Below, piece after piece: positions 15,803-25,207 of a DNA stretch of 64,000 nt. The notes under the pieces are model-generated. The model saw only the letters and a list, made by a program, of their open reading frames with translations, did no database searches and was not told the origin of the DNA. Origin of the DNA: an uncultured Pseudomonadota bacterium (GTDB lineage: Bacteria; Pseudomonadota; Gammaproteobacteria; Steroidobacterales; Steroidobacteraceae); NCBI GenBank assembly GCA_903927005.1, contig CAIYLH010000004.1, positions 19,177-83,176 on the forward strand. Reading direction: 5' to 3'. Position 1 is the first letter of the stretch. Every line of letters starts with the position of its first letter. Position numbers and translations under genes: made by a program.

Positions 15803-17923
15803 ATGCCTTATTCCCCGCGCGTGGCTCTTCTAGCCGCCGCCACAGCTATCGCCCTGTACGCGCCGTTTGTAATGGCTGTGCCCGGCGATGCGAGTGCCGA
15901 TCCCACGCTACTGACCGAGGTGCAGGTCACGGCACACCGTCTCGACGAGGCGCGCAACGCGCTGATGCCTGAAACCGGCACCAGCGCCTACCGCCTGGGC
16001 ATTGAGGACCTTAAGAACCTGCCGTTGGGGGAATCAACGCCCCTTAATGACGTCCTGCTGCGCGCACCTGGCGTGACACAGGATTCGTTCGGCCAGCTGC
16101 ACGTGCGCGGTGATCATGCGAACCTGCAGTATCGTATCAACGATGTTGTGATCCCCGAGTCGATCGCGCTGTTCGGTCAGGCGCTCAACCCGCGTTTCGC
16201 CAGTCAGATCAGCCTGCTGACTGGCGCGCTGCCGGCGCAGTATGGTTATCGCACCGCGGGCGTCGTCGACATCCATACCAAGGGTAGCGACTATGAGCAC
16301 GGCGGGTCGCTGAACGTCATGGCGGGATCCCAGCAGCATCGCGAAGCAAATGGCGAGGTCAGCGGCACGGTGGGTGCGTTGTCCTACTACGCCACCGGCG
16401 GCTACTTGCGTGACGAGCAGGGCATAGAAAACCCGCTGCCGACGAGTCATGCGCTGCACGACCACACCGAGCAGTGGAATGGCTTCGGGTATCTCTCCTA
16501 CGTGCTCGTCAGTGAGGCGCGCATCTCGCTGATGGGCGGCGCCTCGGATGACGGGTTTCAGATTCCGGTCGTGCCTGGCCAGATCGCGGACTTCGCGCCG
16601 CCCGCCGGCGGCGTGCCGCCCTCCGCAGCGCTCGACCAGCGGCAGCGCGAGGGTAACCGTTTCGCGATCCTGTCCTACGAGAATGCCCCGTCTGCCCCGC
16701 TACATTTTCAGGTCGCACTCTACGATCGTTTCACCAACGTGCATTACCGTCCCGATCCGCTGGGGGATCTGGCTTATACCGGCGCTGCCGGTGACGTGGC
16801 GCGCAGCAACAGTCGCTGGGGCGTGCAGGCCGATGCGAGCCTGAAGGCGGGCGATGCGCACACAGTGCGAGCCGGCGCGACCTACAACGCTGAAACTGCG
16901 ACTGCGCGGACACGCACCACCGTCTATCCGCTGGATGCTAACGGCGACGTTCTCTGGGCGCCGGTTGTGGTCACTGATGACGGTTCTGATGGGGCGCGAC
17001 TTTGGGGTGTCTACCTGCAGGACGAGTGGCATCCGCTCGATGCCCTGACGGTAAACTATGGTGCGCGCTACGATCGTTACGATGGGTTCGCGAAGGAAGA
17101 CCAGTTCAGCCCGCGAGTTGGCCTGGTGTACGAGTTCTCGCCTGCCATCTCGCTGCACGCGGGCTATGCCCGCTACTTTACGCCGCCGCCGTCCGAGAAG
17201 ATCCAGGTGGCGTCCATTGCGTTGTTTCAGGGCACGACCGCCGCGCCGCCGTCCACCGGCAATGATGCGGTGCGCTCCGAGCGCAGCCATTACTACGACG
17301 TCGGCGTGCTCGCCCACGTGACGCCGGTCGCTACGCTGGGACTCGACGCCTACTACCGCAAGGTCGCCTACCTTGGTGACGAAGGCCAGTTTGGGCCGGC
17401 GGTGATCTTCGCGCCGTTCAACTACGCTGAAGGCCGTATCTGGGGTGTTGAGCTGTCGACGGGCTGGCATGCGAGCGGCAGCAGCGCGTACCTGAACGTG
17501 GCCTATGGCTCCGCGCGCGGCCGGCAGATCGTTTCGGGCCAGTACAACTTCGACTCCGACGAACTCGCGGCGCTTGCCCTGCGCTACATTCCATTGGATC
17601 ACGACCAGCGTTGGACCGTGTCAGCCGGGCTTACCCACTTGGTGCGCGGCACGACTTTTAGCGTTGATGGCTTGTTCGGCAGTGGGCTGCGGCGCGGCTC
17701 CTTGAATGCCGATCATCTGCCGTCCTACCTGACGCTGAACCTGAGCGCCCGACGCACGCTCGATTTGCCATTCTTCGGGGCGCTGGAAGCGAGCGTGAGC
17801 TTGCTGAACGTTCTCGATCACGTCTACGAATTGCGTGACGGCAGCGGCGTGGGTGTAGGCGCGCCGCAGTGGGGTGCGCGGCGCACGTTATTTGTCGGGC
17901 TCGGTCACCCGTTCGGCCGTTAA
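15803..17923 (+). CDS. TonB-dependent outer-membrane receptor
   Basis: Start at MPYSPRVALLAAATAIALYAPFVMA (signal peptide) inside the 861-aa track ORF. Plug domain has LTEVQVTAHRL...LLRAPGV...HVRGDHANLQYRINDV. Ends in an aromatic residue-containing terminal beta strand ...LFVGLGHPFGR. Confidence 0.85.
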   Translation: MPYSPRVALLAAATAIALYAPFVMAVPGDASADPTLLTEVQVTAHRLDEARNALMPETGTSAYRLGIEDLKNLPLGESTPLNDVLLRAPGVTQDSFGQLHVRGDHANLQYRINDVVIPESIALFGQALNPRFASQISLLTGALPAQYGYRTAGVVDIHTKGSDYEHGGSLNVMAGSQQHREANGEVSGTVGALSYYATGGYLRDEQGIENPLPTSHALHDHTEQWNGFGYLSYVLVSEARISLMGGASDDGFQIPVVPGQIADFAPPAGGVPPSAALDQRQREGNRFAILSYENAPSAPLHFQVALYDRFTNVHYRPDPLGDLAYTGAAGDVARSNSRWGVQADASLKAGDAHTVRAGATYNAETATARTRTTVYPLDANGDVLWAPVVVTDDGSDGARLWGVYLQDEWHPLDALTVNYGARYDRYDGFAKEDQFSPRVGLVYEFSPAISLHAGYARYFTPPPSEKIQVASIALFQGTTAAPPSTGNDAVRSERSHYYDVGVLAHVTPVATLGLDAYYRKVAYLGDEGQFGPAVIFAPFNYAEGRIWGVELSTGWHASGSSAYLNVAYGSARGRQIVSGQYNFDSDELAALALRYIPLDHDQRWTVSAGLTHLVRGTTFSVDGLFGSGLRRGSLNADHLPSYLTLNLSARRTLDLPFFGALEASVSLLNVLDHVYELRDGSGVGVGAPQWGARRTLFVGLGHPFGR

Positions 17924-17938
17924 GCGGCGCGAACGGGG

Positions 17939-19717
17939 TCACTCGGCGCTGGCGTTGAACTGCAGCGCGGCGAGCCGCGCGTAGAGAGGGTTCGTCAAGA
18001 CCAGCTCTGCGTGCGTGCCCTGCCCGACGATTCGGCCGCGGTCCATGACGATGATACGGTCGGCCTTGAGCACGGTCGCGAGCCTATGCGCGATGATCAG
18101 CGTCGTGCGTCCGCGCATCAGTCGTTCGATCGCTTCCTGTACCAGGCGTTCACTTTCAGCGTCCAGTGCCGATGTGGCCTCGTCCAGCAGCAGGATCGGC
18201 GGGTTCTTCAGCATCGCTCGTGCGATTGCCAGACGCTGCCGCTGCCCTCCCGATAGCCGCAGGCCGCGCTCACCCAGGAACGTGTCGTAGCCCTGCGGCA
18301 ATTCGCGTAGGAAGCCATCTGCCGCCGCTGCCTCGGCGGCCGCGACTATCTCCTCGTCGCTCGCGCCTGGTCGGCCGTAACCGATGTTCTCGCGCGCGCT
18401 GGCTCCAAACAGGACAGTGTCCTGCGGCACCAGCGCGATCTGCCTGCGCAAGTCCTCGGGCGCGAGGCTTGCGATATCGATGCCGTCGACGAGCACGCGG
18501 CCGGCGGCCGGATCATAGAATCGCAGCAACAGCTGGAACGCCGTGCTCTTGCCAGCGCCCGAGGGGCCTACCAGCGCGACGGTCTCGCCCGGCGCTATCT
18601 CCAGTGTGTAGTCCGACAGGGCGGCCGCGTCCGGACGCGACGGGTAGTGGAACCGGACGCCCTCGAAGCGAATTTGACCCGCCGTGCGCGCCGGCAGTCG
18701 CGCCGGATGCGCAGGCGCCGTGACTGCAGGTGTCGCTTCCAGCAGTTCCGACAGGCGCTCCATCGCGCCGGCACCGCGCTGCACCTCGCCCCAGGTCTCG
18801 CTAAGTGCCGCTGCGGAGGCGCCGACATAGACGGCGTACAACAGGAATTGGCCAAGTTGGCCGCCGGTCATTTGGCCGGCGAGCACCTCGCGGGCGCCGA
18901 GCCACAGTACGGCGGTGATGGCGCCGAACACGAGCATGATGCCCAGCGCCGTCAGTGCCGCGCGTACGCGCGTTCGCTGCACGCCGGTATCGAAGCCGGC
19001 CTCAACCGCCGTGTCGTAGCGCTGCGCCTGCAGCGTCTCGAGTGTGTAGGCCTGCACGGTCTGCACGGCGTTGAGCGTTTCGCCGGCCAGCCCGCTGGAG
19101 TCGGCGATCCGGTCCTGCGAGGTGCGAGACAGCGAGCGTACGCTGCGACCGACCATGATCAGCGGCACGATCACCAGCGGCAGAAGTACGACTAGTGCGC
19201 CGGTGAGCTTCGGGCTGGTCAGTGCGAGCATCACCAGTGCGCCGGTCAGGCTGAGCATTGAGCGCAGCGCGATCGACAGCGAGGAGCCGGCAATCGACTG
19301 CACGAGTGTCGTGTCGGTGGTCAGCCGCGACAGTACTTCGCCGGTGCGGGTGACTTCGAAAAAAGTCGGGTCCATGCGGATAACGCGGTTGTAGACCGCG
19401 CTACGCACATCGGCGACGATCCGCTCGCCGAGCCACGTGACGTGATAGAAGCGCAGCGCAGCGAAGCCGCCGTACGCTACTGCGGCGCCGAGGAAGCCGA
19501 AGAAGTAGCGGTTGATCGTCGCTGCGCTGTTGGCGGCGAGGCCGTGGTCGATCAGCTGCCGCAGGGCCACTGGCAGTGCCAGCATCGACGCTGCAGCCAC
19601 CAGCAGAGCGAACAGCGCGAGCAGCGCGCGGTGCCGGTACGGGCGCAGAAACGGCCGCAGGGCGGCCAGCGGCTTGAGCGAACGGGCCTTGGGGCGGTCG
19701 GGAATCGGCTCAGCCAT
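17939..19717 (-). CDS. ABC transporter, fused permease/ATP-binding protein (ABCB/MsbA-ATM1-like exporter)
   Basis: 592 aa. Six-helix TMD followed by an NBD with GPSGAGKST, LSGGQRQRLAIARA and ILLLDEATSALD. Confidence 0.9.
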   Translation of the reverse strand: MAEPIPDRPKARSLKPLAALRPFLRPYRHRALLALFALLVAAASMLALPVALRQLIDHGLAANSAATINRYFFGFLGAAVAYGGFAALRFYHVTWLGERIVADVRSAVYNRVIRMDPTFFEVTRTGEVLSRLTTDTTLVQSIAGSSLSIALRSMLSLTGALVMLALTSPKLTGALVVLLPLVIVPLIMVGRSVRSLSRTSQDRIADSSGLAGETLNAVQTVQAYTLETLQAQRYDTAVEAGFDTGVQRTRVRAALTALGIMLVFGAITAVLWLGAREVLAGQMTGGQLGQFLLYAVYVGASAAALSETWGEVQRGAGAMERLSELLEATPAVTAPAHPARLPARTAGQIRFEGVRFHYPSRPDAAALSDYTLEIAPGETVALVGPSGAGKSTAFQLLLRFYDPAAGRVLVDGIDIASLAPEDLRRQIALVPQDTVLFGASARENIGYGRPGASDEEIVAAAEAAAADGFLRELPQGYDTFLGERGLRLSGGQRQRLAIARAMLKNPPILLLDEATSALDAESERLVQEAIERLMRGRTTLIIAHRLATVLKADRIIVMDRGRIVGQGTHAELVLTNPLYARLAALQFNASAE

Positions 19718-19993
19718 GCAGGCTCGGCCTCGCTAGAGCGGTACGCGGGGGCATTGGCTCACTCCTGGGGGTGGGCGGGGGTCAGTGTAGCGGGGGCGGC
19801 CGTCCTGAACGTCAAGAACCGTAAAGGCAGCGGCAGATAGGCGGGGCCGGATGAACTCCATCGCCCGACTAACGTCTAAACTGGCGTTCAGATGCCAATA
19901 GGGTGGAATTGCAGGCCCTGTTTCGTTTTGCGCGTCAGCCCCGGGCTACCGAAGACGTTATAGGGGTAGCGGTTGCCGCCACGGAGAAGTTTC

Positions 19994-20566
19994 ATGCGCA
20001 TTGCCACCCTTTTCTCGGTCCTCGCGCTGTCCGCTACGGTCAGCGCTTGCGTCGACGCGCCGCCGCGCCGCTACCAGCGAAACTACGAGTCGCCGCCGTC
20101 GGTCGCGCTGCCGCCGCGGATGAGTGAACTGATCGTCTATCCCGGCCGCGGCCAGTCGCCGCAACAGACCGACCGCGATCGGTATGAATGCCACACATGG
20201 GCGGTGCGCCAGACCGGATTCGATCCTAGCCAGGCCGCCCCAATGTCGCCACCGCCGCCGCGTATGCGGGACAGCGACGCGCCTCCGCCGGGTGCCGGGA
20301 TCGCTGCGGGAGCCGTGGCTGGCGCCGTGCTTGGAGCGATTGTCGCGCCACACGGCGATGAGGGTGGCGGTGCAGCCGTTGGTGCAATCGCTGGCGCTAT
20401 TTTCGGCGGTGCGGCCGAGCAGGCGCAGAATGAGGCGTTGCGGGCCGATGACGATCGGATGCGCCAGCAGGCCGGCATTTACGGCGTGCAGCACGGCGAA
20501 CGCGCCGGGGCATATCGTCGTGCAATAAGCGCCTGCCTCGAGGCGCGTGGCTATACGGTCAAGTGA
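19994..20566 (+). CDS. Glycine-zipper lipoprotein
   Basis: ATG at 19994 preceded by GGAGAAG. Lipobox LALSATVSAC. Glycine zipper GAGIAAGAVAGAVLGAIV...GAIAGAIFGGAA. Shares a Cys-containing module with the next gene. Confidence 0.75.
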   Translation: MRIATLFSVLALSATVSACVDAPPRRYQRNYESPPSVALPPRMSELIVYPGRGQSPQQTDRDRYECHTWAVRQTGFDPSQAAPMSPPPPRMRDSDAPPPGAGIAAGAVAGAVLGAIVAPHGDEGGGAAVGAIAGAIFGGAAEQAQNEALRADDDRMRQQAGIYGVQHGERAGAYRRAISACLEARGYTVK

Positions 20567-20580
20567 CCAGGAGTCCTGCA

Positions 20581-21249
20581 ATGAACGCTAACCATCCGAT
20601 TCGCTGGATGCTCGCCGCACTCCTGGCGCTAGCGCTCACAGCTCCTGCGCTTGCAGACCCCGGGGGACGCCCGAATGGCCGCGAACACGGCGGTGCGCGG
20701 CTGTCTGCGCCAGTCGGCCATCCGCAGGCGTTCCCGTCGCGCGGCTCAATGGTCGGCGCGTTGCCCCGCGGCGGGGTCGAAGTCAACCATATGAACCATC
20801 GTTACTGGTATCGCGGTGGCGCTTGGTATGCGCCGCACGGGCCGCGCTGGATCGTGGTTGCACCACCGATTGGTGTCTACGTGCCGTTTCTGCCTGGCTT
20901 CTACTCGACGTTCTGGTTCGGCGGCATGCCCTACTACTATGCGAACGATGTGTACTACGCGTGGCGTGAGCCGCAGCGCGCCTATGAGGTTGTCGAGCCG
21001 CCGCCGGGCGCGGTCGCCGCCGCGGCACCGGCTCCCGAGGACATCTTCATGTATCCGCGTAACGGTCAATCCGATGAGCAGCAGGGTCAGGATCGCTACG
21101 ACTGCCATCGTTGGGCGGCTGATCAGACTCACTTCGATCCGACCCGCGTTGCCGGTGGTGTCGAGGCGGGCGACGTAGGCAGTCGCCGCGCTGAATATTT
21201 CCGGGCGATGAGTGCGTGCCTCGAGGGGCGCGGTTACAGCGTCAAGTGA
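20581..21249 (+). CDS. Secreted hypothetical protein (Tyr/Trp/Pro-rich middle, shared C-terminal Cys module)
   Basis: Signal peptide MNANHPIRWMLAALLALALTAPALA. Contains YYYANDVYYAW. The C-terminal YPRNGQSDEQQGQDRYDCHRWAADQTHFDP...YFRAMSACLEGRGYSVK is paralogous to 19994-20566. Confidence 0.7.
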   Translation: MNANHPIRWMLAALLALALTAPALADPGGRPNGREHGGARLSAPVGHPQAFPSRGSMVGALPRGGVEVNHMNHRYWYRGGAWYAPHGPRWIVVAPPIGVYVPFLPGFYSTFWFGGMPYYYANDVYYAWREPQRAYEVVEPPPGAVAAAAPAPEDIFMYPRNGQSDEQQGQDRYDCHRWAADQTHFDPTRVAGGVEAGDVGSRRAEYFRAMSACLEGRGYSVK

Positions 21250-22016
21250 GGGTCTCCAGAACGCGCTATGGCCGTGGCGGAGTTGTACTAGGCGTATTCG
21301 CGACGCTATTAATGGCGGGTTGCGGTACGCCGCGTCTGGCGAGTGCTCCGCTGCCGGCTGCTGACCTGTCCGGTCAGTGGGTGCTCGATCCCGCTGCCAG
21401 TGACGACGCGATGCGGCTGATCACCGCAGCGCTGCCGCTGCCCAAGATCCGCCGGCCCCGCGAAGACGACGACGATGGCGCGCATCTGCCGCCGGTGCGC
21501 AACGACGGCAATGGCCGAACTGGTCGTGGTGGCGGTGGCCGTCGCGGTGGTAGTTCCGATAGCGGGCGCGGTGAGCCGCAGCCGCCGACGCGCTCGGCTG
21601 ACATCGCGAGCTCGTGGGGAAAGCTGACGCCGCGCGACTTTGTCGGGGCATTCGTGCTACCGCCTGAGAGGCTCAGCGTCGTGCAGCAACCGTCGCTGAT
21701 GCGTGTAGGCGCTGGTGATCGACCGCGCGCTTTTGAACCGGGCGACGAGGAGGCGGTGACGGTCAATGATCGCTACGGGTCGCGCGCGGTGCACGCTGGA
21801 TGGAAGGCTGACGCGTTCGTGATCACGAGCCAGGACGGTGGCCGCCTCGACGTCGTCGAGCAGTTGCGCCACAACCGCGACGATCGGCTCGAGAGGGTGG
21901 TCGAGTTTCACGCGCGGTCGGTGAAGTCTATACACGTGCGTTCGGTGTACCGGCGCGCGACGCCGCTCGAGCTGCAGACCGGCAGCGTCGACGGCCCGCC
22001 GGCGCCGAATCGCTAG
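21246..22016 (+). CDS. Hypothetical lipoprotein with Gly/Arg-rich low-complexity segment
   Basis: GTG at 21246 overlaps the upstream stop (GTGA). Lipobox LLMAGC. Start is uncertain (track gives 21216). Confidence 0.55.
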   Translation: MRVSRTRYGRGGVVLGVFATLLMAGCGTPRLASAPLPAADLSGQWVLDPAASDDAMRLITAALPLPKIRRPREDDDDGAHLPPVRNDGNGRTGRGGGGRRGGSSDSGRGEPQPPTRSADIASSWGKLTPRDFVGAFVLPPERLSVVQQPSLMRVGAGDRPRAFEPGDEEAVTVNDRYGSRAVHAGWKADAFVITSQDGGRLDVVEQLRHNRDDRLERVVEFHARSVKSIHVRSVYRRATPLELQTGSVDGPPAPNR

Positions 22017-22035
22017 CCGCGGCTTGGGGGCGCGC

Positions 22036-23304
22036 TTAGGGCGTGCCGCGTACGCCTTGGCGTACGACCCGGCCATTCTTCATCACGAAGTCCACCCGCC
22101 GCAGTACCTCGATGTCGGCCAGCGGGTCGGCCGGCACGGCGATCAGATCGGCCGCAAGGCCGCGCGCTATGCGGCCGCGCGTGCCATCGACGCGCAGCAA
22201 CTGTGCCGCTTCGCTGGTCATTCCCTTGAGCGTTTCCATCGACGAAAGGCCCGCCTGTTTCCAGACTGCGAGGTAATCGAACATCAAGTCTGCGCGTGTC
22301 TGTCCGGGCCGCTCCATGACGATGTCGCTGCCGTATACGATGCGTACGCCGAGCCGGTGCGCGCGCGTCAGTCGGTCGAGGATCTTCGGCGCCAGCACTT
22401 CGGGGGGCGGGAAAATGCCGCCGGAAGTGCCGATAACATCGAGTAGCGCGCGCGGAAAATCCGTGCTGACAAGGAAGATGCCCTTGTCGTGGATTTTCTT
22501 CAGCTGCGTGTCGGTGAGGAAGAATCCATGCTCTATCGAGTCAACCCCGGCCTCGATGGCGGTGTCGGCGGCTTCGCCGCCATAAACATGTACGGCAACC
22601 GGGAACCCAGCGCGATGGGCCTCGTCGACGGCTGCACGCACTTCCTCAAGAGAGTAGTGATACGGCGAGTTGTCCAGCACCAGTTTGATGACGCCCGCGC
22701 CGTAATAGATGTTGGTGCGAACGGCTTTGCGGATTTCGGCGGCGTTGTCAGCGTCAAGGTATTCGTACTTCCAGAACGAGCCCTGCTCCGGCGGAATTTC
22801 ATGTGATTGGCCGCCGAACGGCGTGATGATCTTGCCCGCATCGATGATTGTGGGGCCCACAAACCAGCCTTTCTCGATCGCGCGGCGTACGTCCTGCATC
22901 GCGTACTCACCGGAATTTCCGATATCGCGCAGCGTCGTGAAGCCTGCGTCGAGCAGCGTCTGCGCGTTGTGCAGGCCGCGCATGGCGCGGTAGGTCGTGC
23001 TCTCTTTGATGTAGAACGACTCGAAAGGCGCGTCACCGGTGACTTCGGTGAGCGTCAGGTGGGTATGAGCGTCCATCAGTCCCGGCAGCACCCACTCGTG
23101 CGAAAGATCGATCACGCGGGATCCGGCAGGGATTGAAACTGCCGCGCCGATCGCCGTGATCATTCCGTCGTTGACGAGAATGATCTGGTTGCGCTCTATG
23201 GTGCCGCTGGCCGGGTCGATCACGGCGCCGGCGCGCAGCGCGACGGTTTCTGCAGCCACCGGTATCGCTACCAGCAGCAGGACGAACGCAAACAGGGCTT
23301 TCAT
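22036..23304 (-). CDS. Amidohydrolase family metal-dependent hydrolase, secreted/periplasmic
   Basis: 422 aa. Signal peptide MKALFAFVLLLVAIPVAAE. Contains PGLMDAHTHLT, VAVHVYGG and IEHG metal-ligand motifs. Confidence 0.85.
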   Translation of the reverse strand: MKALFAFVLLLVAIPVAAETVALRAGAVIDPASGTIERNQIILVNDGMITAIGAAVSIPAGSRVIDLSHEWVLPGLMDAHTHLTLTEVTGDAPFESFYIKESTTYRAMRGLHNAQTLLDAGFTTLRDIGNSGEYAMQDVRRAIEKGWFVGPTIIDAGKIITPFGGQSHEIPPEQGSFWKYEYLDADNAAEIRKAVRTNIYYGAGVIKLVLDNSPYHYSLEEVRAAVDEAHRAGFPVAVHVYGGEAADTAIEAGVDSIEHGFFLTDTQLKKIHDKGIFLVSTDFPRALLDVIGTSGGIFPPPEVLAPKILDRLTRAHRLGVRIVYGSDIVMERPGQTRADLMFDYLAVWKQAGLSSMETLKGMTSEAAQLLRVDGTRGRIARGLAADLIAVPADPLADIEVLRRVDFVMKNGRVVRQGVRGTP

Positions 23305-23324
23305 GCAACTCTCCGGGGAGTGAA

Positions 23325-24080
23325 TCAGCGGGGGCGGGCAAGCATGCCGCTGGCGAGGTTTACCTCGCTAAGCGCGGGTAGGCTGGTCAGTGCGTCGGCT
23401 ACTAGCCGTTCGCCGTACGTCAGATCGATCCGCCACAGTTCGGCGGCGCGGGCACCGTCATGGGACTCAATCGCATCCACGATCTGCAAGTGTTTGTCGC
23501 GAAACCAGTCCGACACGTTCAGCCGTCCCAGGCCAACGTACAGGATGCGCAGCGTCAGATCCTGGAGTTGCGTGATCGTCGCCTGCAGGCGGGCGTTGCC
23601 GCTTTTTGAGGCGATCAGCAGGCTGAATTCCCGGTTGGCATTCAGGAAGGCCTTGCGCTCGTCGTGACTGCCGGCCTCGTAACGGCACTGCGAAATCTGC
23701 CGCAGGCGGTCGGCTTCGGAGGACGACAGGCCGGCGGCGGCGGCTAGCTCTGCAGCGCGGGGCTCAAGCAGTAGGCGCAGGCCATAGATGTCGCGTACAT
23801 CCTTGAGTGTCAGCGGCGCAACGCGAGGGCTGCGCTCGTCCGATTTGTCGATAAGGCCTTCCTGCACCAGTCGCAGCAGCGCTGAGCGGACCGCGGCGTG
23901 GCGCAGCCCATAGCGTTGTGTCAGCGATGCTTCCGAAACCCTGACGCCTGGGGGTAGCTGGTAGAAGAGGATGTCAGCACGAATGCGCTGAAACGCCTGT
24001 TCACCGAGATTTCCTGCCTTGTCAGCGGCGGGCTCGGAACGTTCTGGGTCGAGGGTCGGCAGGTCCGTCATGGAGCTCAT
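23325..24080 (-). CDS. GntR-family transcriptional regulator (FadR/FCD subfamily)
   Basis: 251 aa. wHTH region PGVRVSEASLTQRYGLRHAAVRSALLRLVQEGLI plus a helical FCD-like C-terminal domain. Confidence 0.85.
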   Translation of the reverse strand: MSSMTDLPTLDPERSEPAADKAGNLGEQAFQRIRADILFYQLPPGVRVSEASLTQRYGLRHAAVRSALLRLVQEGLIDKSDERSPRVAPLTLKDVRDIYGLRLLLEPRAAELAAAAGLSSSEADRLRQISQCRYEAGSHDERKAFLNANREFSLLIASKSGNARLQATITQLQDLTLRILYVGLGRLNVSDWFRDKHLQIVDAIESHDGARAAELWRIDLTYGERLVADALTSLPALSEVNLASGMLARPR

Positions 24081-24354
24081 GTCCCTAAGGTCGTCCCATA
24101 ACCAGATTTCATACTAGCCGTTTCAAAATGTCGACAGTCTTGATTTGATATTCGGATACTACATTTACAACATTTTTTGCCGGTGTTACATTCAAATGAT
24201 GGGGGGTGCAAGCGCTGATCGCCAACGATCCCGCGCGGCTGTGCGCCGTTGCCTCGAGTTGGTCGGATCTGCGTTTTGCATCGCATCAAAACAGGCGACG
24301 CGCCGCGGTGCCCCTCTCCGCTGGCCCGACGCACGTGTGACGTAGGAGCCTTCC

Positions 24355-24750
24355 ATGCCCGCAAAGCGGCAGCCGATTGAGTACGCCGAGGCCTCCGCCG
24401 AGGTCCGGGCGGTCTATGACGACATCATGGCGACGCGCAAGACCGATTGGGTCAACAATTTCTGGAAAGTCCTCGCCCACGACCCGCCGGCGCTGCGGCG
24501 CATCTGGTCGAACATTAAGGAAGTGATGGGCCCAGGTGCATTGGACCCGCTGACCAAGGAGTTGCTGTACGTCGCCGTCAGTGCGTCCAACGGTTGCCGC
24601 TACTGCATTGCCTCCCATGGCGCTGCTGCCCGCAACAAGGGCATGAGCGAGCAGCAGTATTCCGAGCTGCTCGCCATCGTCGGTCTTGCCAACGAAACCA
24701 ATCGGATGGTCACTGCGCTCGACGTCGACGTCGACGCACGTTTTCTGTAA
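24355..24750 (+). CDS. Carboxymuconolactone decarboxylase (AhpD-like) family protein
   Basis: 131 aa. Contains SASNGCRYCIASH (CxxC, AhpD-like). Confidence 0.8.
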   Translation: MPAKRQPIEYAEASAEVRAVYDDIMATRKTDWVNNFWKVLAHDPPALRRIWSNIKEVMGPGALDPLTKELLYVAVSASNGCRYCIASHGAAARNKGMSEQQYSELLAIVGLANETNRMVTALDVDVDARFL

Positions 24751-24789
24751 TTATTTTCGTGCCCTATTGCCTTGCCACGAGGAAATGAA

Positions 24790-25170
24790 ATGAATTCGGC
24801 CGACTACAACAGCGTTACTCACCACGTCTGGGACGAAATTCCGGCTGAGCCGCTCAAGGGGACCCTGACCCGCAAGCTTATTACTGGCGAGCGGATGATG
24901 ATCGCGCACGTGAACTTCAAGAAGGGCGACGATGTGCCCACCCACCACCATGAAAATGAGCAGTTGACGTACATCGTTTCTGGCGCGCTGCACTTCTGGT
25001 TCGGTGAGCACGGTGAGCGAGAGATCATCGTGCGCGCCGGTGAGGTCGTTGTGATTCCGTCGAACGTGCCGCATCGGGCGCTTGCGCTCGAGGACACGCT
25101 CGACGTGGACGTTTTCAACCCGCCGCGCCAGGACTGGCTCACCGGCACCGACGCCTACCTGCGGCGTTGA
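24790..25170 (+). CDS. Cupin domain protein
   Basis: ATG at 24790 with GAGGAA 5 nt upstream (track TTG at 24772). Cupin motifs HHHENEQLTYIVSG and VVVIPSNVPH are present. Confidence 0.8.
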   Translation: MNSADYNSVTHHVWDEIPAEPLKGTLTRKLITGERMMIAHVNFKKGDDVPTHHHENEQLTYIVSGALHFWFGEHGEREIIVRAGEVVVIPSNVPHRALALEDTLDVDVFNPPRQDWLTGTDAYLRR

Positions 25171-25207
25171 ACGTGCCCCCGCTCGTCCAACGCAAGGACT
25201 TACGCTG

